41,732 nt of DNA from a virus. Its lineage: Duplodnaviria > Caudoviricetes. The notes beneath the pieces were generated by a model, which was not told where the DNA came from, made no database searches, and saw nothing but the letters and a program-made list of their open reading frames with translations. Where the stretch lies: positions 1 to 41,732 of IMG/VR virus record IMGVR_UViG_3300036453_000011; one strand, given 5' to 3'. Shown here piece after piece: positions 32,485 through 41,699 of the stretch. A program made the translations under genes and the position numbers. Position 1 is the first letter of the stretch, and every line of letters begins with the position of its first letter.

Positions 32485-34965
32485 TTAACTTCCGTTAAAA
32501 GAGATAGGGCACGCTCCTCCCGGACAGTCCACATGTTCTTGACCTACGTCCTCCTTGATTTCAGACTTCATATCTGCCTTAATCGCATTGACGATACGCT
32601 CGTACTGAGCCTTAGTTGTAGGCTCTTCAGGCTGGTACTCATACGCAGTTGTGTCAGACTGAGGCATAACTGAACAGCATCGAACTTGAGACTGTCCATT
32701 TAGCAACGTATCCATAAACTTCTCAAAACTAACCTTGGTAGGGTCGTATTTCAAAGTATATGAAATCTGATTACCAGATTCACGCAAAGGTGTAACGCCG
32801 TCTTCTTCAACTCCTGTCAACCAGTATTTCTCTGATAGACGGAGGTACTCGTACTGCTCTTCAGGAGTAGCTTCAGCAGCAGTCACTAGCTTGTCACCCA
32901 TACCTAGCTTACATATTTCAGGCTGAGTAGGGAATCCTACAATAGTAGTACCCGCATATGAAGTTAACTTCTTAATAGGGTATCCCAACAAACGATAGTT
33001 TTCAACCAAAGGATCGTCATTTCGGAACTGAACCCAACGCAAGAACTCTCTCATTGAAGCCAAGTGCCAACCCTCGGTAAGACCAAACAATTTTGAGGTT
33101 GTGCCTGCCGGTTTTGCAGTGGTATCAGTATGAGGTACAGATACTCCAAGTTCTAGGGAATATCTACGAGCTTCATTTTGGATGGCGCGTTTAAAACGGG
33201 AGAGCATCAACCACATTGGCTTAGATACCTCTTCGTTTACGATATCCTTCCAACCAAATCCGAAGCGGGCCCATACCCACTCATGAAAACCGGTAATACC
33301 TACCCCTATACGATTAGTACGTTTAACCTCTTTATCGTATAAGAACTCCATTAAGTTTGTGCGAATCAACGCACGGGTTGCAACTTTAAATGCATCTTCT
33401 GCATCATCATCGTTTTGAGCATGATACGGAACAACGTCGGCGATTGTGCAATATCCGCCTAGTATTGACAGAACGATTTCACCGCAGGGGTTGCAGATAA
33501 CCTTATATAGGGACCTGCCCCACGCGGTAGCCAGTGCTTTTGTTAGCTCTAGCGTTTCTTTCTCAAGTTTATATCTAGAGGATTCTGCAAAGTTACCGTC
33601 AGCAAATACTTCAGTGCCTTCCTCTGACCACGTTAATTTCTCCACCGTAATAAACCCAGGCTCACCAGTGCCATCGTAGTACGCCGCTTCGCAACAAGCT
33701 AGGAATACTTTCCAGGCATGCATTTCCAAACTTGTAACCGACCCGTTTTCAGATAGACCGCCAAGATTGGCCAGACTTATAGGGGAATGCTGCTTAATAC
33801 CGTTTACTAATTTCTTGCACTTTTTTACGGCATCCCAGAATTTCATATCCACGGTAACGCTGTTATTACTAGACCATAGAAAACCTCCACGCTTGACGGA
33901 TACGAAATCAAACACATTCTCATCACGCCAAGTTTTAGTAGCCATACGTGCAGCACGACGAGCACCACCCACTAGTACGCACTCCGCCAAGTAGTGATCA
34001 GCGTACATGTTACCTCGCCAAGGATCCATCTTAGCTTCACGTAAGGTAGCTACCTTAGCGATTGCGGCCATTAGAGGTCCTGGACCTGACGCAGGACGAT
34101 CTTGCATTCCAGCGATAGGTGAGTTGCGAGGACGAACACTTGAGAATTCTAGGATAAGTACGTCATCCCGATAAGTACCTTGAAAGGCCATGATCTCTAG
34201 CTTCTCAATTGCCTTAGCCCAACCCTCTCTGGAATCAGGTACTTCAAAGTAGTGAATAGTTTTATTTGCGTAAAGATGTTCTGCATTGCGCTTATCGATA
34301 GCAGTAATCTCACCGCTCAAGGAGTCCTTATGGCCAGAGTCAAGGGCGCACACTACGATAGGCAAATTAGCAAAATCTACCATCTGCATGGCATTATCAT
34401 AGCACCGGCCCACACCGCTACCGTTTAGTAGAAGATAAAAAGTAAGGAACGATACCGCACTCGTACTACAGTTAGTAAACACTTCTCCTGGGCGAGTCTT
34501 CTGGGTAGAATCACCATGCTGCAAGTGACGACCTGACATCAGGATAGACGCTTGACGCAAGTGATGATGCATCTTAGTAAATTCTAAAGCCTGATCATCA
34601 ACGCGTAAGGAGGTATTACCTTCTGCTACCCGAAACGCTACGTCTTCCCATTTTTCGGTATCATCTTTTTCGACAATAGTCAAAGATACTTTTACATTAA
34701 TCTTACCTACGGAAAGAACAGTTCGTCCCGAAACAATAATTCCAGAACTAATACAATATTCATCTATCTGATGGTCTAGAGAAAGATCATCGTTACGAGG
34801 TAATGTAACTACTAACATTTCAGGTGTTGCTAATTTACGACGAATCTTACGATTAATAGTTCGTGCTGCAACTGCTTCGCCCATACCTTTTGAATACGTG
34901 CGGGCAGGGGTCGATGACTGTCCTGATAGAGATTCTTTAATCAAAGTAGATAATGCATTGTTCAT
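32485..34965 (-). CDS. nrdJ: Class II (adenosylcobalamin-dependent) ribonucleotide reductase
   Basis: FTNCS, GSGVG, DSREGW, ASGP.PL, VGGARRAA, SNNSV, GEPG, NPCGEI, RIGVGITG, KPAGTTS and C-terminal CPGGACP motifs. Confidence 0.92.
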   Translation of the reverse strand: MNNALSTLIKESLSGQSSTPARTYSKGMGEAVAARTINRKIRRKLATPEMLVVTLPRNDDLSLDHQIDEYCISSGIIVSGRTVLSVGKINVKVSLTIVEKDDTEKWEDVAFRVAEGNTSLRVDDQALEFTKMHHHLRQASILMSGRHLQHGDSTQKTRPGEVFTNCSTSAVSFLTFYLLLNGSGVGRCYDNAMQMVDFANLPIVVCALDSGHKDSLSGEITAIDKRNAEHLYANKTIHYFEVPDSREGWAKAIEKLEIMAFQGTYRDDVLILEFSSVRPRNSPIAGMQDRPASGPGPLMAAIAKVATLREAKMDPWRGNMYADHYLAECVLVGGARRAARMATKTWRDENVFDFVSVKRGGFLWSSNNSVTVDMKFWDAVKKCKKLVNGIKQHSPISLANLGGLSENGSVTSLEMHAWKVFLACCEAAYYDGTGEPGFITVEKLTWSEEGTEVFADGNFAESSRYKLEKETLELTKALATAWGRSLYKVICNPCGEIVLSILGGYCTIADVVPYHAQNDDDAEDAFKVATRALIRTNLMEFLYDKEVKRTNRIGVGITGFHEWVWARFGFGWKDIVNEEVSKPMWLMLSRFKRAIQNEARRYSLELGVSVPHTDTTAKPAGTTSKLFGLTEGWHLASMREFLRWVQFRNDDPLVENYRLLGYPIKKLTSYAGTTIVGFPTQPEICKLGMGDKLVTAAEATPEEQYEYLRLSEKYWLTGVEEDGVTPLRESGNQISYTLKYDPTKVSFEKFMDTLLNGQSQVRCCSVMPQSDTTAYEYQPEEPTTKAQYERIVNAIKADMKSEIKEDVGQEHVDCPGGACPISFNGS

Positions 34966-35069
34966 TTATATTTTTCTTTAAGTATTAACATATATTAGGG
35001 GTTTCAAAGACATAGCTTAGCTATCCTCTAGGAAACCCCTGCTTTGGGAACTTAGTTTAAGGCTTTAAT

Positions 35070-35285
35070 TCAGACTGGTTTAGTCTTATTCTCACCGTGC
35101 TTGACGCCTAACTCATACGCGTATTGTATTTGTCGAGCGTGGTAGTCTGAGTAAGTTCCGCAATCCAAAGTCTGAGTAGATCTACCTGCTGTAGTAACCA
35201 ATCCATCTAACTCACCTGCGTTAACTACGGTTAGGTGACGTGTAGCCATGGACTCTGGAGTACTAAAGTCGTCTGCATAGCTCAT
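35070..35285 (-). CDS. Hypothetical protein
   Basis: ORF coupled to the upstream gene. Confidence 0.55.
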   Translation of the reverse strand: MSYADDFSTPESMATRHLTVVNAGELDGLVTTAGRSTQTLDCGTYSDYHARQIQYAYELGVKHGENKTKPV

Positions 35286-35695
35286 TTATTAGCCTCTGAA
35301 TCTGAAGCATCGTCGTCGCCTACACTAAACGACATAAGCAACGGAGCGTTTACGTCTACGAACTCAGCCTCCTCGTCCGTGCTGATATTCTCTTTAACAA
35401 CACCTGGCTTAGCCAGACCTACCGCAGCCAACTGCTCTTCTAGAGAGGCATTCTTCAGGTGTAGCTTAAACAAGGTTTCAGAAGCAAGAAGGATCAGGGC
35501 TTGTTGTTTTGCAATAGTATCGCGTAGTTCCAGGATAACTTGCTTGGCTGACTGACGGGTTGCGACTGGGGTTTCGGTTACTTCTGAAGTGATTTCGACG
35601 TTGTTCATGGTATTGGTACTTTCTAGAGCTTGGGTGGTTGGAGGAAGTGCGGATACTACTTGGATTGAAGATTGGTTCAGGTCAGTTGGGGTCAT
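35282..35695 (-). CDS. Hypothetical coiled-coil/acidic protein
   Basis: AAGGA RBS. Confidence 0.65.
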   Translation of the reverse strand: MTPTDLNQSSIQVVSALPPTTQALESTNTMNNVEITSEVTETPVATRQSAKQVILELRDTIAKQQALILLASETLFKLHLKNASLEEQLAAVGLAKPGVVKENISTDEEAEFVDVNAPLLMSFSVGDDDASDSEANK

Positions 35696-35699
35696 GGTG

Positions 35700-36095
35700 T
35701 TATCCTTCGATTATTTCTTCATTAAAAACAGGGCGTTTGTTTTTTCCATAGTTAGGATTTCTAGCCCAAAGCCATCTTCCTAACATATGCTTATCTTTCT
35801 TTGCAGCGTGAGTAGCAGGGCAGGTAGCCCATCCAGGCTCATCCACTCCGTGAAAACGACAGTCCGTAAAGTCATTGCTTCTACAGAAACACATGCGGGT
35901 TCGTACCCATAGATCCTGCCCAGATCTATCTTCTAACGGGATGTTGCCGTAAGAGTCGTCTGCGGCATGGATTTGTCCAGCCGTATTTTTATTGCTTTTA
36001 GCATAGGCTTCATTATTCTCTTCAGGAGGTTCTAAATCTAAAGTAGACACCGAGCTGGGAATTTCTGAAGGCCTAGATAATTTTGGTTTAGCCAT
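35700..36095 (-). CDS. Hypothetical protein with Cys/His cluster
   Basis: CFC...CRFH...CPATH. Confidence 0.65.
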   Translation of the reverse strand: MAKPKLSRPSEIPSSVSTLDLEPPEENNEAYAKSNKNTAGQIHAADDSYGNIPLEDRSGQDLWVRTRMCFCRSNDFTDCRFHGVDEPGWATCPATHAAKKDKHMLGRWLWARNPNYGKNKRPVFNEEIIEG

Positions 36096-36155
36096 TTTTA
36101 GTCTAGTTTACTTAGGTTGTGTAAAATTGATATATGTAGATTTCTCTACATATTC

Positions 36156-36183
36156 ATTATACCAGGTTTTTGATTATTGTTGA
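36156..36183 (-). promoter_or_regulatory. Repeated phage promoter-like motif, copy 10
   Basis: TCAAC-N14-TGGTATAAT. Confidence 0.72.
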
Positions 36184-36192
36184 ATACTCGTA

Positions 36193-36657
36193 TTAGAACA
36201 CTAATCCTTGAAACGCAACAAGGGCGTCTAATGCATCCTGCTCTCCACCCAGCATAAGAGAGTCTTTAGCCACTGTTACTGCCTTGTTAATGAGAATTAG
36301 TTTTATATTAACTTCGGATTCATATCGAACGACTATGCTCCTATTATGCAATTCTGCAGCCTTGATCTCTTCAGTATTAGTAGGCATAGCTAGTTTTTGT
36401 AGATCGGAGTAACTACCTTGTATACCAAATCTAGCTAGAATATCTTTATAACCAGGTATCAGTGTGACCTTAGTTGGTAATCCCCCTAGTTCTTTAGCAA
36501 CTTCTGTCCAGGTAGGGTATTCTGGGTACTGATTTGACGAAATAGACTTATTCTCTGGCTTAGCGTAGAACGTATGACTAACTGCTAATCGCTTTTCCGA
36601 AGCTATAGAGTCTAGGCGAGCGGAAGCGTATTTACGTTGTGTTTGGGTAAGTGCCAT
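36193..36657 (-). CDS. Hypothetical protein
   Basis: MALTQTQRKYA..RL...KDSLMLG...AL pattern of phage hypotheticals. Confidence 0.7.
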   Translation of the reverse strand: MALTQTQRKYASARLDSIASEKRLAVSHTFYAKPENKSISSNQYPEYPTWTEVAKELGGLPTKVTLIPGYKDILARFGIQGSYSDLQKLAMPTNTEEIKAAELHNRSIVVRYESEVNIKLILINKAVTVAKDSLMLGGEQDALDALVAFQGLVF

Positions 36658-36687
36658 TTGATTCTTTCGGTTTGATTAATACACTAA

Positions 36688-36711
36688 GAAAACCTGGGAG
36701 AATTCCCAGGC
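36688..36711 (-). terminator. Terminator after DNA polymerase
   Basis: cctggga-gaat-tcccagg with a U-tract on the - strand. Confidence 0.65.
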
Positions 36712-36727
36712 TTGATTTACTAATAGA

Positions 36728-38332
36728 CTACTTCATTGTGGCTAGGATTGCCTCACACTCGACTTGAGTTATTCCGCGATGTACTGTTTTCAGATTACCC
36801 CACGTAGTACCTAATTCTGTTTCACTGCCGATTGGTAGAGTCAACCAAGAGAACATGGTTTGTGGAAACTCGTTCATGTAATAGTTAACAATTTCAATAG
36901 CCTCGGCCGCTCTCTCGATAGGTACCTCTAGCTCAGCGGAGTCGTACACAGTCGAAGTCGAGAATCCCCCGATCTTCTTAATAGCCTCATTAAGATTTGC
37001 AAATACGATTAAACCCAGAGTAGACGTAGGGGATTGGACCTTTACGTTTACACTATTACGTAGTGCCGCGTTGTACGCCGCCGTTTGTTTAAAACAAGCG
37101 TTGGTTCCAAATTGCTGTTTACGTTGACCGAATGGGGTCACATTACGATGGTTCCACAGAGCTTCGTTATGAGTCACCTCAACGAACGTTTTCATACGAG
37201 GATAAGCTTCAAAGAATAGTTTCATGTACTCTTCCGCTTTCTCCTTTGTTACATTCAACTGGAAGGCTATACCTCCTGCCGAAGATCCGTAAATAATGCT
37301 GAAGGTCAATACTTTTGCTACTTGTCTACGTTCTTTATAATCCCTATACTTCGGATGGCTTGGATCTTCCACGATATGAAAGAATTCTAAATACGGTATA
37401 CCCATCATCAAGGACGCAGATGAGCTATGGAAATCTCGACTCTCCTTAACCGCTTGCAACATGTTCTCATCACCACATAGTGCTGCTAGTATCTTTACCT
37501 CTGCAGAGCTGAAGTCCGTTGCTATAAAACAATATCCAGGTCTAACCGTATAACAATCCCGGATGTTATAGCCATGCTTAGGACGGGGTAGCTGAAGTAA
37601 GTTTGGGGAATCTCCGGATATCCTAAAACCCGAAGTTCCGTGGAGGTTATATTGAGGGTGAATACGCCCATCTTTCTTAACCCAATCTGATACATATGAT
37701 TTGATAAACGTATTAAAGGTTGACGATATATCCTTTCTTTTCGCCATATGTGCAAGGAACTGCTTATCCGGGTCTGGGGTTATATATTTACCCGGTTTCA
37801 TAGGGTCCAGACCTGCAAGATGTAGTATTGCGTGGCCGTCAGTACTGGGCTCTCCTGACGCCGTAAAAAATTCAGGAGTAAACCCTAAAGTTCCGTATAG
37901 ATACTTCGCAACTTCTGTTCCAGAATCCAGATTTAAACCCTCTGGAATTTTACCTTTTAATAAAGCATCAAACCCTGCTACCTCCGCAATCATCTTATTA
38001 GCTATCTCTTTGTTCATAGCCTCGTCATACTGCATACCATTTAACTCTAGATCAATAATGTAATCTAAAGCTATTTGAGTTACCTCAAAGTTAGTATCTA
38101 GTATAGATTTCAGCCTAGTAGAGATTTGTACACCCGTCTCATCATCTATTAGCTGAGTGGGCTCATCCACCAGCTGAGGCCACATTTTCACCAACAAAGT
38201 ACTGGTTGCAATGCAGTCTAACCCTGCATACAGGAGCAGGTCTGAAAATGGAAAATCTTCATAGGTTGTGTAAATAGGTAAAGCTTCAGCTTTAGGCTTT
38301 ACCACTTTTGGTTTTACAGGTTTAACTACCAT
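36728..38332 (-). CDS. polA: Family A DNA polymerase, C-terminal part (ExoIII + polymerase domain)
   Basis: YAGLD (ExoIII), GRIHP, RISGDSPNLLQLP, DFSSAE (motif A), RQVAKVLTFSIIYG (motif B) and TVYDS (motif C). Confidence 0.92.
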   Translation of the reverse strand: MVVKPVKPKVVKPKAEALPIYTTYEDFPFSDLLLYAGLDCIATSTLLVKMWPQLVDEPTQLIDDETGVQISTRLKSILDTNFEVTQIALDYIIDLELNGMQYDEAMNKEIANKMIAEVAGFDALLKGKIPEGLNLDSGTEVAKYLYGTLGFTPEFFTASGEPSTDGHAILHLAGLDPMKPGKYITPDPDKQFLAHMAKRKDISSTFNTFIKSYVSDWVKKDGRIHPQYNLHGTSGFRISGDSPNLLQLPRPKHGYNIRDCYTVRPGYCFIATDFSSAEVKILAALCGDENMLQAVKESRDFHSSSASLMMGIPYLEFFHIVEDPSHPKYRDYKERRQVAKVLTFSIIYGSSAGGIAFQLNVTKEKAEEYMKLFFEAYPRMKTFVEVTHNEALWNHRNVTPFGQRKQQFGTNACFKQTAAYNAALRNSVNVKVQSPTSTLGLIVFANLNEAIKKIGGFSTSTVYDSAELEVPIERAAEAIEIVNYYMNEFPQTMFSWLTLPIGSETELGTTWGNLKTVHRGITQVECEAILATMK

Positions 38333-39692
38333 CTAGTTCCTCACTTTCAACGTCTGTTTCCTCTTCTTCATTTTCCAAATCCACATCTCCAGGCTTGGGT
38401 TTCTTGGCTCTGGTCAAATTTGGAAGCAAGGATTCATACCCGGAGATGTTCAACTCTGGGCACCAGTCCCCTACCCCGGACTTCAAGCTATAGCACCCAG
38501 ACTCTCCTGAGCTTAAAGCGTGCATCAGAAGCATGGTATCTGCAAAGAATCCCCTAAGCCGAACCCCTTTTGTTGCAGCCATGTATATTATATCAAACTT
38601 AAAGTTATGCCCAATCTTAGGAATAGCTTCACTTAATACAATAGGTACTATTAATTTCCAAGCTACATTAGGATTAAAAAAGTTATTCTCTCTATGCCAT
38701 AAAGGAATGACATGCGCAACAATAATTCCAGAAATAGGATCCCTCCAACCGAATTGAATAGTAAGAATCTTGGCGGAGTCAATCCAAGGGTCCAAGGAAG
38801 AAGTCTCTAAGTCCAGGCTAATGATCGTATCTTCCTTTAACTCCAGGATGGTCTGAACAGTATTTTGTACGTCTGTCAAAGACTTACAAATAGTTATGTT
38901 TTTACGTTGGTCGTCCACCCCTTCTTGTAGAGTTTTTACTATTAGTTCACCTCGTACTATTTGTGCAGCTTTTTTAAAGTCCCTAACGATAACACCCATG
39001 TAATCTGCAGACCACATTTTCCCGGAAGCGTTTTGACGAATCATGGATAAGACCCTGGGGTGTAGAGTAATTACGACATGAGCCCCAGTTTCCTGTTTAA
39101 CTATATGACCCCTATTACCTGTATTACTGTGTTTCTTAAAACCTAATAGCTTTGTAACTAACGTACTCAAGCTAATAATAACTTTAGGCTTACACCTGTC
39201 TATTTCCTCGTACAAGTAAGGCTTACACTTCGACAGCACAGTAGATGTAGGTGCCTTGCCTCTAGGGAAGTCAGTCTCAGTAGGCTTACATTTGGATAAA
39301 GAAACTAACCTGTATGTAAGTCCTGTAAAGCCTGCTTTCTGGCAAATGAAGTTGATAATACCTTGCTGAATAAGTTCTTGACCGTTATCTCTACGGTCGT
39401 ACTTACCATTAGGCGCAGCGTGATCCTGAATGATGAGAATATCTACAGAAGTGTTTAGAAGTCTAACTTCTTTATTATTTTGACAACGTATCTTACATAC
39501 CTTTTCGCAGTAGGTAGGCTGGATAATGCTAAAGTCCTCCTTAGATACGATAGCGGCCTCAACAGAAGGCGTTATCTTTGGCAAAACATACAACTGGTCC
39601 AAAGTCATGAGCATCGTTTTAGATACTCTAACTGGCTTATTCTTAATCACCGGTGTAATAACATCCGGGCCCGGTAAGGCTTGGTCGGTCAT
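38322..39692 (-). CDS. Family A DNA polymerase, N-terminal part (UDG-like domain + 3'-5' exonuclease I/II)
   Basis: Cys cluster, KCKP, CKPYLYEEI...KPKVIISL and TLHP (family-4 UDG fold), then LDLETS (ExoI) and GHNFKFD (ExoII). Confidence 0.85.
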   Translation of the reverse strand: MTDQALPGPDVITPVIKNKPVRVSKTMLMTLDQLYVLPKITPSVEAAIVSKEDFSIIQPTYCEKVCKIRCQNNKEVRLLNTSVDILIIQDHAAPNGKYDRRDNGQELIQQGIINFICQKAGFTGLTYRLVSLSKCKPTETDFPRGKAPTSTVLSKCKPYLYEEIDRCKPKVIISLSTLVTKLLGFKKHSNTGNRGHIVKQETGAHVVITLHPRVLSMIRQNASGKMWSADYMGVIVRDFKKAAQIVRGELIVKTLQEGVDDQRKNITICKSLTDVQNTVQTILELKEDTIISLDLETSSLDPWIDSAKILTIQFGWRDPISGIIVAHVIPLWHRENNFFNPNVAWKLIVPIVLSEAIPKIGHNFKFDIIYMAATKGVRLRGFFADTMLLMHALSSGESGCYSLKSGVGDWCPELNISGYESLLPNLTRAKKPKPGDVDLENEEEETDVESEELDGS

Positions 39693-39709
39693 TTATAAAC
39701 TCCTAAAAA

Positions 39710-40039
39710 TTAAGAAGGTACTAAGGGTTTGAATGTTTCAAGGAATGGCTTTTCCTTAAACACTACGTACTTAGGTGTTTTGGCAGTATCGTTTGATACA
39801 ATATAATCCCCTGGACATACTACAGAAGGATAAAAGAACTTAGATCCTTTATATAAAACCCCATGGTCCCAAAGAGGTTTCTTGCACGTCCCGCAAAGGT
39901 CCTCTTTATGATTTTTATGAATGGGGTACTGCTCTACAATCTTCCCCTCCTTTGTTTTATCGTCACCGTCCAAAGGATGGTCTCCGTTCTTGAACCACTG
40001 AGTGGCCTCTACGAATTCAGGGTTTCTCATATAAAGCAT
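39710..40039 (-). CDS. Conserved phage hypothetical protein (paralog A)
   Basis: EATQWFKNGDHP.D, CxxC...HG and VCPGDYIV. Confidence 0.75.
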   Translation of the reverse strand: MLYMRNPEFVEATQWFKNGDHPLDGDDKTKEGKIVEQYPIHKNHKEDLCGTCKKPLWDHGVLYKGSKFFYPSVVCPGDYIVSNDTAKTPKYVVFKEKPFLETFKPLVPS

Positions 40040-40057
40040 ATCTATCTCCTTGCTTAG

Positions 40058-40384
40058 TTAACCGTTTAAATACTCAAAGTAGTTTGCTCGAAATACATCA
40101 GGTTTCATGGAAATATACTTTGTAGATATACCGTTAGTTTCCGTAACAATGTAATTTCCAGGGCATACCCTCTCCCCTGCACCCCCGGAATCTATCCAAC
40201 CGTGATCATTCATAGTCACGCCACACCCCGGACATTTACCAGTAATAGTAGGATGCCTATATCGTCGTACCACTTCACCTTCGTAGTCGAAAGACTCACT
40301 CATAGTTAAATTATCATCAGGATGATCTCCGTTCTTGAACCATTGAGTAGCTTCTATAAGATTTGGTTTTTGTATGTAAAGCAT
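40058..40384 (-). CDS. Conserved phage hypothetical protein (paralog B)
   Basis: EATQWFKNGDHP.D, CxxC...HGWID, VCPGNYIV and KPDVF..NY. Confidence 0.75.
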   Translation of the reverse strand: MLYIQKPNLIEATQWFKNGDHPDDNLTMSESFDYEGEVVRRYRHPTITGKCPGCGVTMNDHGWIDSGGAGERVCPGNYIVTETNGISTKYISMKPDVFRANYFEYLNG

Positions 40385-40444
40385 ATTTGTTTCCTTGTTT
40401 AATTACAGGTACTTGAAAGTACTAGAGTAGTCCCCAGTACTTTC

Positions 40445-40472
40445 CTTATACCACGTTTATGCGTAGTGTTGA
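40445..40472 (-). promoter_or_regulatory. Repeated phage promoter-like motif, copy 11
   Basis: TCAAC-N14-TGGTATAAG. Confidence 0.75.
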
Positions 40473-40476
40473 ATAC

Positions 40477-41541
40477 TTAAATTCTCTTATCTTTAAGAGA
40501 ATATGTTTTACCAACTTCAACTTTATTAATAGTAATACAACCAGTGTAACCCTTATAAAGAGGAGACTTACTACATTCGGTAAGGTTAACTCTAGCACTT
40601 GCCATTTTAGCGAACTCGGTGCGACCGGGTAGCGCATCAAACTCTACTTGAGAGTATACATGTACTAAGGATGATTCCCAAGTAGCATCGTCACTCCACT
40701 GATTGCTAACCCAAACCCCGTATGTAACCACGTACACGCTCTGCTTAATCTCAGGTTGGGCTTCGGGCGCAGTAAACGGTGCAGGATCTTCAGGAATCCA
40801 TTTGGAAGCCGCAGAAGGCACCTCCACGCTGTTTGTTTTAGGAGTTGAGGAAAGCGTAGGTACAAGAGAGGGTATTGCCTCGGAAGCCCTCTTAGACAGT
40901 TCTTCGGATTTTCTAAGAGACACGTAATCATTAAAACTCAAAACCTCACGTTGAATTGCCCACTCATCAATATACCCACGAATAATACTCATAGCATCGT
41001 CTACTGTTACTCCTGTAAAAGACGATGCCCAGGCTACCGATAAACTATGTAGCCAAGGATCGTTATCTGAGGCAGCAGAAGGCACCTCCACGCTGTTTGT
41101 TTTAGGATTTGATACCAGCGTAGCAGAGGTCTCCTTAAGGGTCTCCTGGACATTCCTAGAGGTCAACCACTTCCAGAATGGCTCAGAGCTATCCGACCAT
41201 ACCCAAGTCCCGTACAACGCAGCGGTCTCAGGATCTAGTACAGGATATTCAACCTTGGCATCCTCGTCTTTAAAGAGGGGATTGGGAAAAGGGTTAAGAA
41301 TCGATTTGGAAGGCTCAGGAGGGGTATTGGGGAGGTTTAAAGAAGGAGTCGAGGGAAACATGGGTTGAAGTAACTCAACGGGCTCCAAGAGGCTTAGGTG
41401 GGATATTGATGACAGGATACCTTCATAGATTACGCTAGGGGAAACGGGGGAGGGAGTATCTCGGCTAAGAACTTCTAGTTTTGGAAAACGGCTTAGGATA
41501 ACCAAAGCAGGAACTACGAGGGATAAGTGAGGGTATGTCAT
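40477..41541 (-). CDS. Pro/Ser-rich hypothetical protein with internal duplication
   Basis: 354-aa ORF in which PKTNSVEVPSAAS occurs twice. Confidence 0.6.
   Translation of the reverse strand: MTYPHLSLVVPALVILSRFPKLEVLSRDTPSPVSPSVIYEGILSSISHLSLLEPVELLQPMFPSTPSLNLPNTPPEPSKSILNPFPNPLFKDEDAKVEYPVLDPETAALYGTWVWSDSSEPFWKWLTSRNVQETLKETSATLVSNPKTNSVEVPSAASDNDPWLHSLSVAWASSFTGVTVDDAMSIIRGYIDEWAIQREVLSFNDYVSLRKSEELSKRASEAIPSLVPTLSSTPKTNSVEVPSAASKWIPEDPAPFTAPEAQPEIKQSVYVVTYGVWVSNQWSDDATWESSLVHVYSQVEFDALPGRTEFAKMASARVNLTECSKSPLYKGYTGCITINKVEVGKTYSLKDKRI
40811..41107. repeat. 33-bp exact direct repeat pair
   Basis: gcagaaggcacctccacgctgtttgttttagga at 40811-40843 and 41075-41107. Confidence 0.9.
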
Positions 41542-41595
41542 AAGGAGCCTTAATCAGGGTGAATAGATTAAACATTTGATAACATTTGGAGTGCA

Positions 41596-41699
41596 TTGTC
41601 CAAATTGTCCTGGATTTGTCCTATTGTCCTGAAAACCAGGACAACTGATTACCCAATAGGTATTGACTGTCCTGTTTTCCAATAATAAAAACAGGACAG
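41596..41699. repeat. Cluster of TGTCC direct and inverted repeats
   Basis: TTGTCC at 41596, 41605, 41616 and 41624; inverted CAGGACAA at 41637; CTGTCCTGTTTT/AAAACAGGACAG at 41667-41699. Confidence 0.75.

Noticed and set aside
34998-35039. Hairpin upstream of nrdJ as a cobalamin riboswitch
   Set aside because: Too short and lacks recognisable B12-box elements. Probably a simple hairpin or processing site.
38322-38340. Intron or intein at the polymerase split
   Set aside because: The two ORFs overlap with no intervening sequence and no intein terminal motifs.
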